From Bacteroidota bacterium (GTDB lineage: Bacteria; Bacteroidota; Bacteroidia; Chitinophagales; BACL12), in the NCBI GenBank assembly GCA_031372705.1, contig JANMLV010000048.1:1417-65416 (forward strand): DNA of 64,000 nucleotides, written 5' to 3'. The translations under genes and the position numbers were made by a program. Shown in pieces: positions 39,092 through 49,098 of the stretch (positions are counted from its first letter, which is position 1; each line of letters begins with the position of its first letter). The notes beneath the pieces are model-generated. The model did no database searches. It was not told the origin of the DNA and worked only from the letters and a program-made list of their open reading frames with translations.

Positions 39092-39391
39092 TTAACTATT
39101 GCCTTTTAGTAATTTTTCCAAAGCATTGAGATGTAAGCGGAATGCCTGCTTGCCTGAAGTGGTTACGTTATAGGTGGTACGTGGCTTTTTGCCTACAAAT
39201 TCCTTTTTCACAGCAATGTATTCAGCCTTTTCGAGCGCTGAAATATGGCTCGCAAGATTACCATCGGTTAGATTGAGCAAGGTTTTTAACGTATTAAAAT
39301 CTACCCATTCGTTTACCATCAGTACACTCATGATACCTAATCGAACACGATTGTCGAACTCCTTATTTAGACCTGCTATGATATCTTTCAT
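39092..39391 (-). CDS. winged-helix transcriptional regulator (HTH_34-like)
   Basis: 99 aa; RLGIMSVL......DFNTLK..L.LTDGNLASHISALEKAEYI.VKKEF.GKKPRT.Y..T..G. Confidence 0.7.
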   Translation of the reverse strand: MKDIIAGLNKEFDNRVRLGIMSVLMVNEWVDFNTLKTLLNLTDGNLASHISALEKAEYIAVKKEFVGKKPRTTYNVTTSGKQAFRLHLNALEKLLKGNS

Positions 39392-39394
39392 GGT

Positions 39395-40030
39395 TTATCG
39401 TTCGTATCTGAAATACATTACAGCGCCATAAATAATATGAAGAATACCGAAGCCGAAAGCCCAGAACAGGATGATATATCCCGGAATTATCATGGCAATT
39501 AGCCCTAAAATGATTTCACAAATTCCCAAATACCGAACTTCGCCTAATGTGTATTTACTGGCATTTAAAAGTGCCAAACCATAAAATAAAAGTGTTGCCG
39601 GTGCAATTAGAAGATAAATGTTATAATAATATAGGATGAGGCAAAAAATGGCGCCTGTTGCAAGTGGAATTAGTAAATTTATAAGCGTTAGTTCGGCAGC
39701 TTTATTCCAAATCGGTAACCCTTGAATGCGCGCTTTCCGCACAGCAAAATAGGTTGAAAAGGTTAATGCTAAAACCAACACCACAGCGGCATCTAAAAGG
39801 AAAAACAGTACATCTGCCAAATTAACAGAAGCAATTCTATTTATTTGGCCTTCAGCTAACTGAATATTAGTATTAATGTACCATCCGGCAACAAAAGCAC
39901 CAACTAGTGCAACAACTCCGGCGCTTATTCCCGACAAACCGCTTAAGGAAATAAATCGAGACGATTTCTCCATCATAGAGCGAATCTCTTTGATGTCTTC
40001 CAGGTAATGCTGATTTGGTTTTTCTTCCAT
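39395..40030 (-). CDS. hypothetical polytopic membrane protein, coupled to the wHTH regulator
   Basis: 211 aa, five or six hydrophobic helices; 3-nt gap to the regulator gene. Confidence 0.5.
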   Translation of the reverse strand: MEEKPNQHYLEDIKEIRSMMEKSSRFISLSGLSGISAGVVALVGAFVAGWYINTNIQLAEGQINRIASVNLADVLFFLLDAAVVLVLALTFSTYFAVRKARIQGLPIWNKAAELTLINLLIPLATGAIFCLILYYYNIYLLIAPATLLFYGLALLNASKYTLGEVRYLGICEIILGLIAMIIPGYIILFWAFGFGILHIIYGAVMYFRYER

Positions 40031-40105
40031 ATTAAAGCGCTTTGTGAAACAAAGCTAATAGAAAGATGTTACAAAATGGATATTTCCTTTAATTTTGAAC
40101 AATAT

Positions 40106-41425
40106 ATGAAAAGTTTTGCCCCAATAAAATACTTCATGTTGCTTTTCCTCGGCTTTTGCTTCTGCACAAAAACAAATGCTCAACTGCAATGTGAAAATGA
40201 TACTTCTTATTTGAGGTCGCTAATTGACTTGAAATACAGCACCTATCTTGGTTATCAGGGCGGCCTTTATCCTGATGGCGAGAACATAATGCCTCCCGCA
40301 CACTTTTCAGCGGGCATGAATATCAGCAGGCAGGTTGTTCCGTTAAATGAATTTGGAGCACTCGATGTAGAAAATGGTAAAGCCGGATTTATTTGTCTCG
40401 GCGCATCAACTGCAGGCAACGCTTTTAACCATTTTAAATCAAAAGCCGAGGCGGATGAAGCAATTAACCCTTGTCTCAAATTTGCAAACTGTGCAGTAGG
40501 TGCTAAAGGTCTTGAAATTATGATTGATACCATTGTTAATAATTGGTATTGGGAAGATGAAATTATGCCCGATGTTATTGGAGCAGATTTAACAAGATAT
40601 CAAGTGCAAATAGTTTGGCTAATGGTAACATCACGTATTGATACTGTTTTACTATGGCCATATCAGCCACGGTCTGTGGCCGAGAAGTACGAAGCGTTAA
40701 TGCCCATTTTACTCGCCAAATTTCCAAATTTGAAACAGGTGTTTTTAAGCGGCTTTAATTACGGCGGTTATGCCGACCCTACAAAAGAGTTTTATGACAT
40801 GATTTATGAACCCTCATCATATTGGAATAACTGGTCGGTAAAGTTTTTGATTGAAGACCAATTAGCCGGTGATCCGGGATTGATATATTCGGGACCTGAC
40901 CGAAATTCGCCTTGGTTAGCTTGGGGCCCGCACCTTTGGGCAGATGGCATGCGACCTAACGTTGTAGATGGTTTGCGGTGGAATTGCGCCGTTGATTACA
41001 AGCCGGATGGTGGAGGATACCACATGTCGAATGAAGGCAAAGACAAAGAAGGAAAAATTATTTACGATTATTTCAAAAATTCGTTGATTGCAGCCGATTG
41101 GTTTAACTATGCACCTCGATGGACATCTTGCGACCCGGCCTTTAAATTGGAGGATAATTTCATTCAATCTGAGCCGGAAGTTAAAATATTTCCTAATCCA
41201 GCAACTGACATTGTGTTTATTGAAGTAGCGGCACTTGATGCTCAATATGCTGATATTCAGGTATTTAACAGTATAGGTCAATTGGTTTTAGTGGAAAAAA
41301 TTGCCGTTGAGCAAGGTTATTTGTTTACTGATTTAGCCTTGCAGCAGCAACCTGCCGGCATCTACAACGTAGTAATAACAACACTTAAGAAAAAATTAAG
41401 CACGAACCTCGTTTTAAATCGATAA
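40106..41425 (+). CDS. T9SS-secreted protein of unknown function, paralog 1 of 3 (SGNH-hydrolase-like motif pattern)
   Basis: Signal peptide MKSFAPIKYFMLLFLGFCFCTKTNAQ. Blocks shared with the next two genes (QLxCxND, GGLY, G-A/N-S/T-S/T-xG, NLKxVF.SGFxYGGYAD, WGPxLWADG, DGGGYHxxNEGKDK). C-terminal sorting domain IFPNPATDIVFIEV. Confidence 0.6.
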   Translation: MKSFAPIKYFMLLFLGFCFCTKTNAQLQCENDTSYLRSLIDLKYSTYLGYQGGLYPDGENIMPPAHFSAGMNISRQVVPLNEFGALDVENGKAGFICLGASTAGNAFNHFKSKAEADEAINPCLKFANCAVGAKGLEIMIDTIVNNWYWEDEIMPDVIGADLTRYQVQIVWLMVTSRIDTVLLWPYQPRSVAEKYEALMPILLAKFPNLKQVFLSGFNYGGYADPTKEFYDMIYEPSSYWNNWSVKFLIEDQLAGDPGLIYSGPDRNSPWLAWGPHLWADGMRPNVVDGLRWNCAVDYKPDGGGYHMSNEGKDKEGKIIYDYFKNSLIAADWFNYAPRWTSCDPAFKLEDNFIQSEPEVKIFPNPATDIVFIEVAALDAQYADIQVFNSIGQLVLVEKIAVEQGYLFTDLALQQQPAGIYNVVITTLKKKLSTNLVLNR

Positions 41426-41511
41426 GTTATTTTAACTTACATGCAACTATGTTTGCGGCAAATAATTCTTTATCTTTGACATCTAATTTATTAAACTTAT
41501 AATTTAAATCC

Positions 41512-42837
41512 ATGAGGAAATTATTATTTACATGCACACTTATTGCTTCAATTTTTATTGGAAGCAATGCAAAAGCTCAGCTAAACTGCGCGAATGATTC
41601 AACAGGGCTTATTCCAATTACCGACTTAGGTGCGGCATTTTATGAGGGAACTTGGCAAGGCGGACTTTACCAAGGTGGAAGTAATGTTCCTCCAACGGGA
41701 CATTTAAATAAGGGAATCAATATTGTTAAAAAATTAAAGCCTTTAGATACCTTAGGTAACGTAAATTATGCAACCGGTAAAATAGTATTAGCCGGATTCG
41801 GTGCATCAACCGTGGGTGGTCCGTTTAATCACATGATTCAAATCATGAAAGATTCTACTGACCAAAATCCTTGTATGAAAGCAGTAAACGCGGCGAATGG
41901 CTCCGACGGTGTTACAGCAATGTACATCGGCAATGATACATATTGGGATTACGTAAGAGATTTTAAATTAGCTGAAAAAGATATTACGCCAATACAACTT
42001 CAGGTGGGTTGGTTAATGCATAGTTCACGTACTGACTCAAATGGTTATGATGTTACAAGTTATGCCGATTCATTGGTAAAAAGATTTACCGTTGCATTAA
42101 ATGCATTGCTCTATTATTATCCTAATCTTAAAGTTGTTTTTGTTAGTGGTTTCCCTTATGGTGGATATGCTGATCCAATGAAAGCATTATATCACGTAAT
42201 TAGCGAACCATCCAGCTATCACCACAACTTTGCAATGAAAGAATTAATTCGTCGACAAATATCAGGTGATGTAACATTAAAATATAGAGAACCGGGTAAA
42301 AAAGTTCCTTATATCGTTTGGGGACCACCACTTTGGGCTGATGGTAAAAACCCACGTACTTATGATGGTTTAACTTGGAATTGTGAAGCAGAATTTGCAA
42401 TTGATGGCGGTGGTTATCACTTAACTAACGAAGGAAAAGACAAATTAGCTAAAATACTATTGAATTTCTTTAGAACAGATACACTCAGCGAAGGTTGGTT
42501 TATGGATGGTCCTAAATGGGCATCATGCGCTGATGGCAGATTACCTGATGGTAGTGTTATATTACCTGATGAAACTATTATAACAAAAGAAGAAATAAGC
42601 ATTTTCCCTAACCCTTCAACCGGACAATATTATGTTGATTTTGATGAAGTATTAACTGCGCCAATTCATATTAAGGTAGTGAATCAGTTAGGTGAAGTTA
42701 TTCTTACAGAGGCTTATGGTTCGTCGCAACCGTTCTCGTTTTATCAATTTAATCTGTCAGGAAAACCCGCGGGGATTTATTATTTTGAAGTAAGAATAGG
42801 AGATAAATCATTTACGCAACCAATAATTTTAAACTAA
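41512..42837 (+). CDS. T9SS-secreted protein of unknown function, paralog 2 of 3
   Basis: Same block structure as paralog 1. C-terminal ISIFPNPSTGQYYVDF...GIYYFEV sorting domain. Confidence 0.6.
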   Translation: MRKLLFTCTLIASIFIGSNAKAQLNCANDSTGLIPITDLGAAFYEGTWQGGLYQGGSNVPPTGHLNKGINIVKKLKPLDTLGNVNYATGKIVLAGFGASTVGGPFNHMIQIMKDSTDQNPCMKAVNAANGSDGVTAMYIGNDTYWDYVRDFKLAEKDITPIQLQVGWLMHSSRTDSNGYDVTSYADSLVKRFTVALNALLYYYPNLKVVFVSGFPYGGYADPMKALYHVISEPSSYHHNFAMKELIRRQISGDVTLKYREPGKKVPYIVWGPPLWADGKNPRTYDGLTWNCEAEFAIDGGGYHLTNEGKDKLAKILLNFFRTDTLSEGWFMDGPKWASCADGRLPDGSVILPDETIITKEEISIFPNPSTGQYYVDFDEVLTAPIHIKVVNQLGEVILTEAYGSSQPFSFYQFNLSGKPAGIYYFEVRIGDKSFTQPIILN

Positions 42838-42843
42838 ATAATT

Positions 42844-44184
42844 ATGGCAGGTTTTAAACCTGTTTTAGTATTCAAATTTATTAAAAGGATAAGCGTATTG
42901 TCGCTTATCCTTTTTCATTTTACAGCTGATGCTCAAATCAATTGTGAAAACGACTCCTCATTGTTGATTCCTATTGTAGATTTACAAACTGATTTTTATG
43001 CAGGATTTCAAGGAGGATTATATCCCGGTGGATTAAATACGATGTCAATAGCGCATGCCGATTCAGGCATTGCAATTGCTTCAGCAATTATGCCAATTAA
43101 TTTTGATGGCGATGAAGATACCCTTTATGGAAAAGTGGTGATGCTTGGCCTTGGTAATACTTCTGCCGGCAAATCATTTAATAAATTTATTGGTGGATAT
43201 TACGACGAAGGTTATACGGATTCCTGTTTTAGAATTGTAAACGGTTGCATCGAAACGTATAGTTTAAATGATATGATTGCACTTAATGCTGACGATGTTT
43301 ACTGGAAAGATGTTAATGATTTTTTGCAAACTGAAAATCTCAAAAAGAAACAAGTGCGTATTGTTTGGCTGCAAGCAGTTGCTTTTGAAGATAGTTTATT
43401 AACGCCGGCAGCTTATGTTGATTCACTCAAAAATACTTATGTCGCTATAATCAGAGAATTGAAAAGTCAGTTTATCAATTTAAAACAAATTTATATCTCC
43501 GGATTACATTATGGCGGTTATACCGATTCTGCTGCTTTAAATTTTAATGCATTCGCCGAGCCTGCACCATATTTTAACGATTTTGCAATTAAAGCCGTAA
43601 TTGAAGCACAAATAAATGGCGACACATTATTAAGTTATAGCGGCGCAGATGCGGATGCAGCATGGGTTGCATGGGGGCCAAATTTTTGGGCCGATGGTCG
43701 CAATCTTAGAACCTACGATAATTTGCGATGGCTTTGTCCGGGCGATTTTGATACCGATGAAAATGGTTTTTTTTTAGCAGGAACAGGTCAACAAAAAGTA
43801 GCTGACAGATTATTATCTTTTTTTATTACTGAACCAACTACTACTCCTTGGATTTTTGGCTTGCCATACCAATGTTTTACCGAAATTGACGATGTTGTTG
43901 TTGATGATGATTCAATATTTATTCCCGAAGATGAAGTTGTTTGGATTACACAAAACCCTGTTCGCGGTGTTGTTAAATTTATTATTAATTTAGAAACAGA
44001 CGAAAAGGCTGATGTATTTGTATTTGATGCTTTAGGCCAAGCTATTGTTGACGGCGCATTTTATAAAATAGAACCAGGTAAAACTTTTTCAATAAAAATG
44101 ACTGAAAGTGCAAGAGGTATTTATATACTTTCTGTTTTAGTAGAAGGTCGCGTTTACAACAAATTATTCTATCTCGATAACTAA
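42844..44184 (+). CDS. T9SS-secreted protein of unknown function, paralog 3 of 3 (divergent; lacks the DGGGYH block)
   Basis: Same scaffold, but DGGGYH.xNEGKDK is replaced by DENGFFLAGTGQQK. C-terminal sorting domain (GIYILSVLVEG). Confidence 0.6.
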   Translation: MAGFKPVLVFKFIKRISVLSLILFHFTADAQINCENDSSLLIPIVDLQTDFYAGFQGGLYPGGLNTMSIAHADSGIAIASAIMPINFDGDEDTLYGKVVMLGLGNTSAGKSFNKFIGGYYDEGYTDSCFRIVNGCIETYSLNDMIALNADDVYWKDVNDFLQTENLKKKQVRIVWLQAVAFEDSLLTPAAYVDSLKNTYVAIIRELKSQFINLKQIYISGLHYGGYTDSAALNFNAFAEPAPYFNDFAIKAVIEAQINGDTLLSYSGADADAAWVAWGPNFWADGRNLRTYDNLRWLCPGDFDTDENGFFLAGTGQQKVADRLLSFFITEPTTTPWIFGLPYQCFTEIDDVVVDDDSIFIPEDEVVWITQNPVRGVVKFIINLETDEKADVFVFDALGQAIVDGAFYKIEPGKTFSIKMTESARGIYILSVLVEGRVYNKLFYLDN

Positions 44185-44208
44185 ATGCAAAATAACTAGG
44201 TAAAGCAT

Positions 44209-45249
44209 TTATTGCTTAAAGCTTTCCCACCCTTGTGCTTTTAGTTTAAATAAATTGTCGTTTTTAGTTTTAAGAAAAGTGCCACTTGATTGAGGTGTAA
44301 TTTTTCCAATAATAGAAATCCCTTCTATTGCTAAAATAGCTTCTGTATGTTTAGGGTTTATGGTAAACAACAATTCATAATCTTCACCGCCGTTTAATGC
44401 GCAAACTGTTGGGTCAAGATTAAATTTTATTGCCTGGTCGTATGATTCTTGATTGATTGGAATTTCATTTTCATAAATAATGGCACCACACTCACTATGC
44501 TTACAAATATGCATTATTTCCGACGATAATCCATCGGAAATATCAATCATAGATGTAGGCACAATGTTATTTAATTTTAGTGCTTCAATAACATCTTTTC
44601 TAGCCTCAGGTTTCAAAAAGCGACCAATAATATGTTTTTTATTTTCGAGGTCAGGTTGTATTTCCGGATTTTCAAGATATATTTTTTTCTCGCGTTCTAA
44701 TAACTGGAGACCTAAAAATGCACCACCTAAATCGCCACTCACACAAATTAAATCTTCATCTTGCGCACCCGAACGGTAAACTAAATCTGATTCAACACCT
44801 TCTCCTATTGCCGTAACAGAAATTATTAATCCTTTAAGGCTCGATGTAGTATCGCCTCCAATTAAATCGACACCATAATATTCACATGCATGATAAATGC
44901 CATCGTATAACTCTTCCATTGCCTCTACCGAAAACCTGTTTGAAATGGCAAGTGAAACAGTTACTTGTTTTGGCGTGGCATTCATTGCATAAATATCACT
45001 CACATTTACAGCTATACATTTGTAGCCTAAATGCTGCAAAGGTGTATACATCATGTCGAAATGGATGCCTTCTACAAGCATATCGGTAGTAACTACCGTG
45101 AGCATATTGGCATTGTCTATTACCGCTGCATCATCCCCAATTCCCCTTAAAGAGGACGCATTTTTCAGTTCGAAATTTTTTGTCAAATGGTCAATTAACT
45201 TAAATTCCCCAAATGTTGCTATCTCAGTTCTATCTACTTGCTCGCTCAT
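44209..45249 (-). CDS. thiL: thiamine-monophosphate kinase
   Basis: GIGDDAAVI, DMLVEGIHF, AIRS-type N and C domains; 346 aa. Confidence 0.9.
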   Translation of the reverse strand: MSEQVDRTEIATFGEFKLIDHLTKNFELKNASSLRGIGDDAAVIDNANMLTVVTTDMLVEGIHFDMMYTPLQHLGYKCIAVNVSDIYAMNATPKQVTVSLAISNRFSVEAMEELYDGIYHACEYYGVDLIGGDTTSSLKGLIISVTAIGEGVESDLVYRSGAQDEDLICVSGDLGGAFLGLQLLEREKKIYLENPEIQPDLENKKHIIGRFLKPEARKDVIEALKLNNIVPTSMIDISDGLSSEIMHICKHSECGAIIYENEIPINQESYDQAIKFNLDPTVCALNGGEDYELLFTINPKHTEAILAIEGISIIGKITPQSSGTFLKTKNDNLFKLKAQGWESFKQ

Positions 45250-45363
45250 AATATTTCAACCTTTAGTCTGTTTTTATGCAAAATTGCACAAAGATTTATC
45301 AATATTTGTCAACGGTTACTATCTTAGTGACAATAATTGAGTCTAAACCTAAAAATTAGCACT

Positions 45364-47019
45364 ATGGCTATTGAAAGAACGATAAACAGTCCCCTGGCAA
45401 CATTTTATAAATGGGAAAAATTGCAAAGCGACAGGCTATACCTTCGCCAACCAATTAATGGCGAATGGCAAACTTATACCTGGGGTCAATGTGGCGATCA
45501 GGTGCGCAGGATGGCTGCCTATCTTAAATCGCTCAATTATGAACCTGGCAGCAGAATAGCTATTTTATCGAAAAACTGTGTCCACTGGATGCTTAGCGAC
45601 CTCGCAGTCTGGATGGCAGGTTATGTGTCTGTGCCAATGTATCCAAATATGTCGCCGGCAACTGTTCGACAAATTTTAGACCATAGTGAAAGCAAAATGG
45701 TGTTTGTAGGTAAGCTGGATGATTGGGCTTATTTGAAACCCGGAATTCCCGAAAATTTACCATGTGTAGCATATCCGTTTTATGGCATTACCGAATACAC
45801 TAATTGGGACGATATTGTTAAAAATACACAACCAATTACCGAGAATCTCGATTATGCAATGGAGAATTTATGCACCATTATGTACACCAGCGGCACCACC
45901 GGCGTGCCAAAAGGAGTAATGCATACTTTTTACAATTTTGCATTCGCAGCTGAGTATGCATTTCCGGAATTAAAGGTTGATAATACAGCAGTGTTTTTTT
46001 CCTATTTACCAATGTGCCATATTGCGGAGCGATTATTAATTGAGATGGGCAGTTTATACACAGGAGGTCAAGTTTCGTTTGCTGAAAGTTTAGATACATT
46101 CCCTAAAAATTTACAGGATACCTCGCCAACATTATTTTTGGCAGTTCCACGTATATGGACAAAATTCCAGGAGAAAATTCTGGAGAAAATGCCGCAGCAA
46201 AAATTAGATATGCTGCTGAAGATTCCAATCATTAAAAATATTGTGCGTAAGAAAATTAAAAAAGCTTTAGGCCTTTCAAAGGCAAGTCAATGCTTTTCGG
46301 GCGCAGCGCCAATTTCACCCGATACCATCAATTGGTTCTGGAAACTGGATATTAAAATTCAGCAAGCTTATGCCATGACAGAAGATTGTTGTTACAGCCA
46401 TACTAATTATACCGATCGCAATAAAATTGGCACTGTTGGATTGCGTTTTCCGCATGTAGATATTAAAATTAGTGAGCAAGGCGAAATATTAATTAAGCAC
46501 CCTGCCATGATGAAAGGGTACTATAAAGAAGAAGGTCTCACTAAAGAAGTATTTAACGAAGAGGGATATTTTAAAACCGGCGATAAGGGAACTGTTGATA
46601 GCGAAGGATATTTAAAAATTACCGGACGTGTTAAAGAATTATTTAAAACTAGTAAAGGCAAATACGTTGCGCCAATGCCAATTGAAATGAAATTGGCGGG
46701 CAATACTGATATTGGACAATCGTTGGTTATTGGATATGCTTTACCGCAACCAATGGCATTAGTTACGTTATCGGAAAATGGTAAGAAAAAATCCAATTCA
46801 GAAATTAATGCAAGTTTATTAAGCACACTTAAATCACTAAATGAAACACTCGATTCGTTTGAGAAAATTGAAAAAATAATCGTGATGAAAGATGAATGGA
46901 CAATCTTGAATGATTTACTTACGCCATCTATGAAGATAAAACGCAATGAAGTAGAAAAATTATTTCAAGACCATTATGAAAAATGGTTTGATTTAAAGGA
47001 TATAATTATTTGGGAATAA
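45364..47019 (+). CDS. long-chain-fatty-acid--CoA ligase (AMP-binding family)
   Basis: MYTSGTTGVPKGV, GYFKTGDKG, TPSMKIKR. The start is taken at the ATG (MAIERT) rather than the TTG at 45337. Confidence 0.85.
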   Translation: MAIERTINSPLATFYKWEKLQSDRLYLRQPINGEWQTYTWGQCGDQVRRMAAYLKSLNYEPGSRIAILSKNCVHWMLSDLAVWMAGYVSVPMYPNMSPATVRQILDHSESKMVFVGKLDDWAYLKPGIPENLPCVAYPFYGITEYTNWDDIVKNTQPITENLDYAMENLCTIMYTSGTTGVPKGVMHTFYNFAFAAEYAFPELKVDNTAVFFSYLPMCHIAERLLIEMGSLYTGGQVSFAESLDTFPKNLQDTSPTLFLAVPRIWTKFQEKILEKMPQQKLDMLLKIPIIKNIVRKKIKKALGLSKASQCFSGAAPISPDTINWFWKLDIKIQQAYAMTEDCCYSHTNYTDRNKIGTVGLRFPHVDIKISEQGEILIKHPAMMKGYYKEEGLTKEVFNEEGYFKTGDKGTVDSEGYLKITGRVKELFKTSKGKYVAPMPIEMKLAGNTDIGQSLVIGYALPQPMALVTLSENGKKKSNSEINASLLSTLKSLNETLDSFEKIEKIIVMKDEWTILNDLLTPSMKIKRNEVEKLFQDHYEKWFDLKDIIIWE

Positions 47020-47243
47020 ACTAGAGCCTGGATTTAGGATTGCTTTTTTGAGCGGTTCTGATGAACATGTGGTTATGGCTAAAAGTGTAAATACAACTCG
47101 CTTTCAGTTCGATATTTAGTTAACTATTCTAAATAAAAATTCGCATCAGGTTAATTTTTAAGGAATATTGTTAATCTATCTTAACATTAACATTTCTTAG
47201 CAAAAACCGAAGCTACATTAGCTTCGAAATTAAAATTACAGCT

Positions 47244-49091
47244 ATGCGCAATTACCTTTTTGCACTTTTGTCGGTTATAGGATTAACTGCCTTCGCCACT
47301 GAGCCGGAATCTGCTGTTTATACAGCAACAATTGATTTAACAGTAGTAACAAACGACCGCGTGAAGGTTACTGTTGAGGTTCCAAAGGTTATCCAAAAAT
47401 CTATTGTGTATTGCATTCCAAAAATTGTTCCCGGAACATATCATATTTATGATTTTGGAAGATTTGTAATTGATTTCAAAGCTTACGATACCAAAGGCGA
47501 ACCATTAAATTTTGAGATGATTGATGTAAATCAATTTAAAATTGCAAATGCAACAACACTAAATAAAATTGAGTATTGGGTTGATGATACTTATGATATG
47601 ACGCAAGACAACCCGATTTTTGAACCTGCCGGAACGAATATAGCAAGCGATAATTATTTAATTAACACCTTTGGCTTTGTAGGGTATTTAGAGGGCATGA
47701 AAGAAAATGATTACGAACTGGTAATTAAAAAGCCGGAAGGCTTTTATGGTGCTACGCCTTTGAGAGCAAATTTTACGGCATCGGGACTTGATAAATTTTA
47801 TTTAAATAATTACGATCATCTTGCTGATTCACCAATTATGTATGGCATTGCTGATACTGCTTCCATGATGGTAGGTAATGCCGAGGTATTAATTGGAATT
47901 TATTCGCCAAACAAAATAATTACCGCGAAACAAATTATGGATAATGTAAGTGAAATACTTACTGCACAAGGCAAATATTTGGGTGGGAAATTACCTGTAG
48001 ATAAATATGCCTTTTTATTATATTTTACCGATACAACAGGTGTAAGCGGAAGTATGGGTGCATTGGAGCATAAAAATTCCAGCGTTTATTTTTTACCGGA
48101 AATGCCTATTGCTGATATAGCCTCTACATTGCGTGACGTGTGCGCACATGAATTTTTTCACGTGGTTACTCCGCTTGCCATCCATAGTAATGAAATTGGC
48201 GATTTCAATTTTATTGAACCGAAAATGAGCAAGCATTTATGGCTGTATGAAGGGCAAACCGAATATGCGGCGCATCATGCGCAAGTTAAGGCAGGTTTAA
48301 TTTCGGAGGAAGAATTTATAATGCGGATGCAAGATAAAATTGATGTATCTACAAATTATTTTAATGATACATTGCCATTTACCATAATGAGCTTAAATTG
48401 CCTTGATTTACACCAACAGGAATATGGTAATGTATATCAGAAAGGTGCATTAATTAATATGTGTTTAGATATAGAATTGCGCAGTTTAAGTAATGGCAAA
48501 TATGGTACACAAGAATTAATGCGCGATTTGGGTAAGGAGTTTGGCGCTAACAAAGCTTTTGACGATGATGTATTGTTCGATAAGATTACTGCAATGACCT
48601 ATCCTGAAATAGGCACTTTTTTTGCAAATTATGTAGAAGGTGCTAAAGCAATTCCCTATGAAATTTATTTGAACAAAGCCGGTATTAAACTTTCTGAACC
48701 GGAAATGATGAAAAAAATTACAATGGGTAATATTTCGTTAAATTATGATGTTACTCCGGAAGAGAGTAAAATTATAGTGGGTGACTTGGAAGGAAGTAAT
48801 GCCTTTGCCAAGCAAATGGGATATCAAGTTGGAGATAAGTTATTAAGTTTGAATGGAAAATCGTTAACTGCAGGCGGTGCTAATAATGTAATAAGCGAAT
48901 GGCAAGCCGCTGCAAAGCCCGGCGATAAAGTTGTAATGATAGCTGAACGAAAATTGCCAAATGGAAAAATTAAAAAAGTAAAACTAAAAGGCAATGCAAT
49001 GGAAATAGAAGTGCCTAAGCCACAGGTTTTAATTATTGATGAAAATGCAAGCCAGGCACAATTGAAATTGCGTAAAGCGTGGCTGAAATAA
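47244..49091 (+). CDS. secreted M61-like zinc metallopeptidase with a C-terminal PDZ domain
   Basis: Signal peptide; HEFFHVVTP zinc motif with downstream LWLYEGQTEY; PDZ-like GYQVGDKLLSLNGKSL. Confidence 0.75.
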   Translation: MRNYLFALLSVIGLTAFATEPESAVYTATIDLTVVTNDRVKVTVEVPKVIQKSIVYCIPKIVPGTYHIYDFGRFVIDFKAYDTKGEPLNFEMIDVNQFKIANATTLNKIEYWVDDTYDMTQDNPIFEPAGTNIASDNYLINTFGFVGYLEGMKENDYELVIKKPEGFYGATPLRANFTASGLDKFYLNNYDHLADSPIMYGIADTASMMVGNAEVLIGIYSPNKIITAKQIMDNVSEILTAQGKYLGGKLPVDKYAFLLYFTDTTGVSGSMGALEHKNSSVYFLPEMPIADIASTLRDVCAHEFFHVVTPLAIHSNEIGDFNFIEPKMSKHLWLYEGQTEYAAHHAQVKAGLISEEEFIMRMQDKIDVSTNYFNDTLPFTIMSLNCLDLHQQEYGNVYQKGALINMCLDIELRSLSNGKYGTQELMRDLGKEFGANKAFDDDVLFDKITAMTYPEIGTFFANYVEGAKAIPYEIYLNKAGIKLSEPEMMKKITMGNISLNYDVTPEESKIIVGDLEGSNAFAKQMGYQVGDKLLSLNGKSLTAGGANNVISEWQAAAKPGDKVVMIAERKLPNGKIKKVKLKGNAMEIEVPKPQVLIIDENASQAQLKLRKAWLK

Positions 49092-49098
49092 TTAATCC

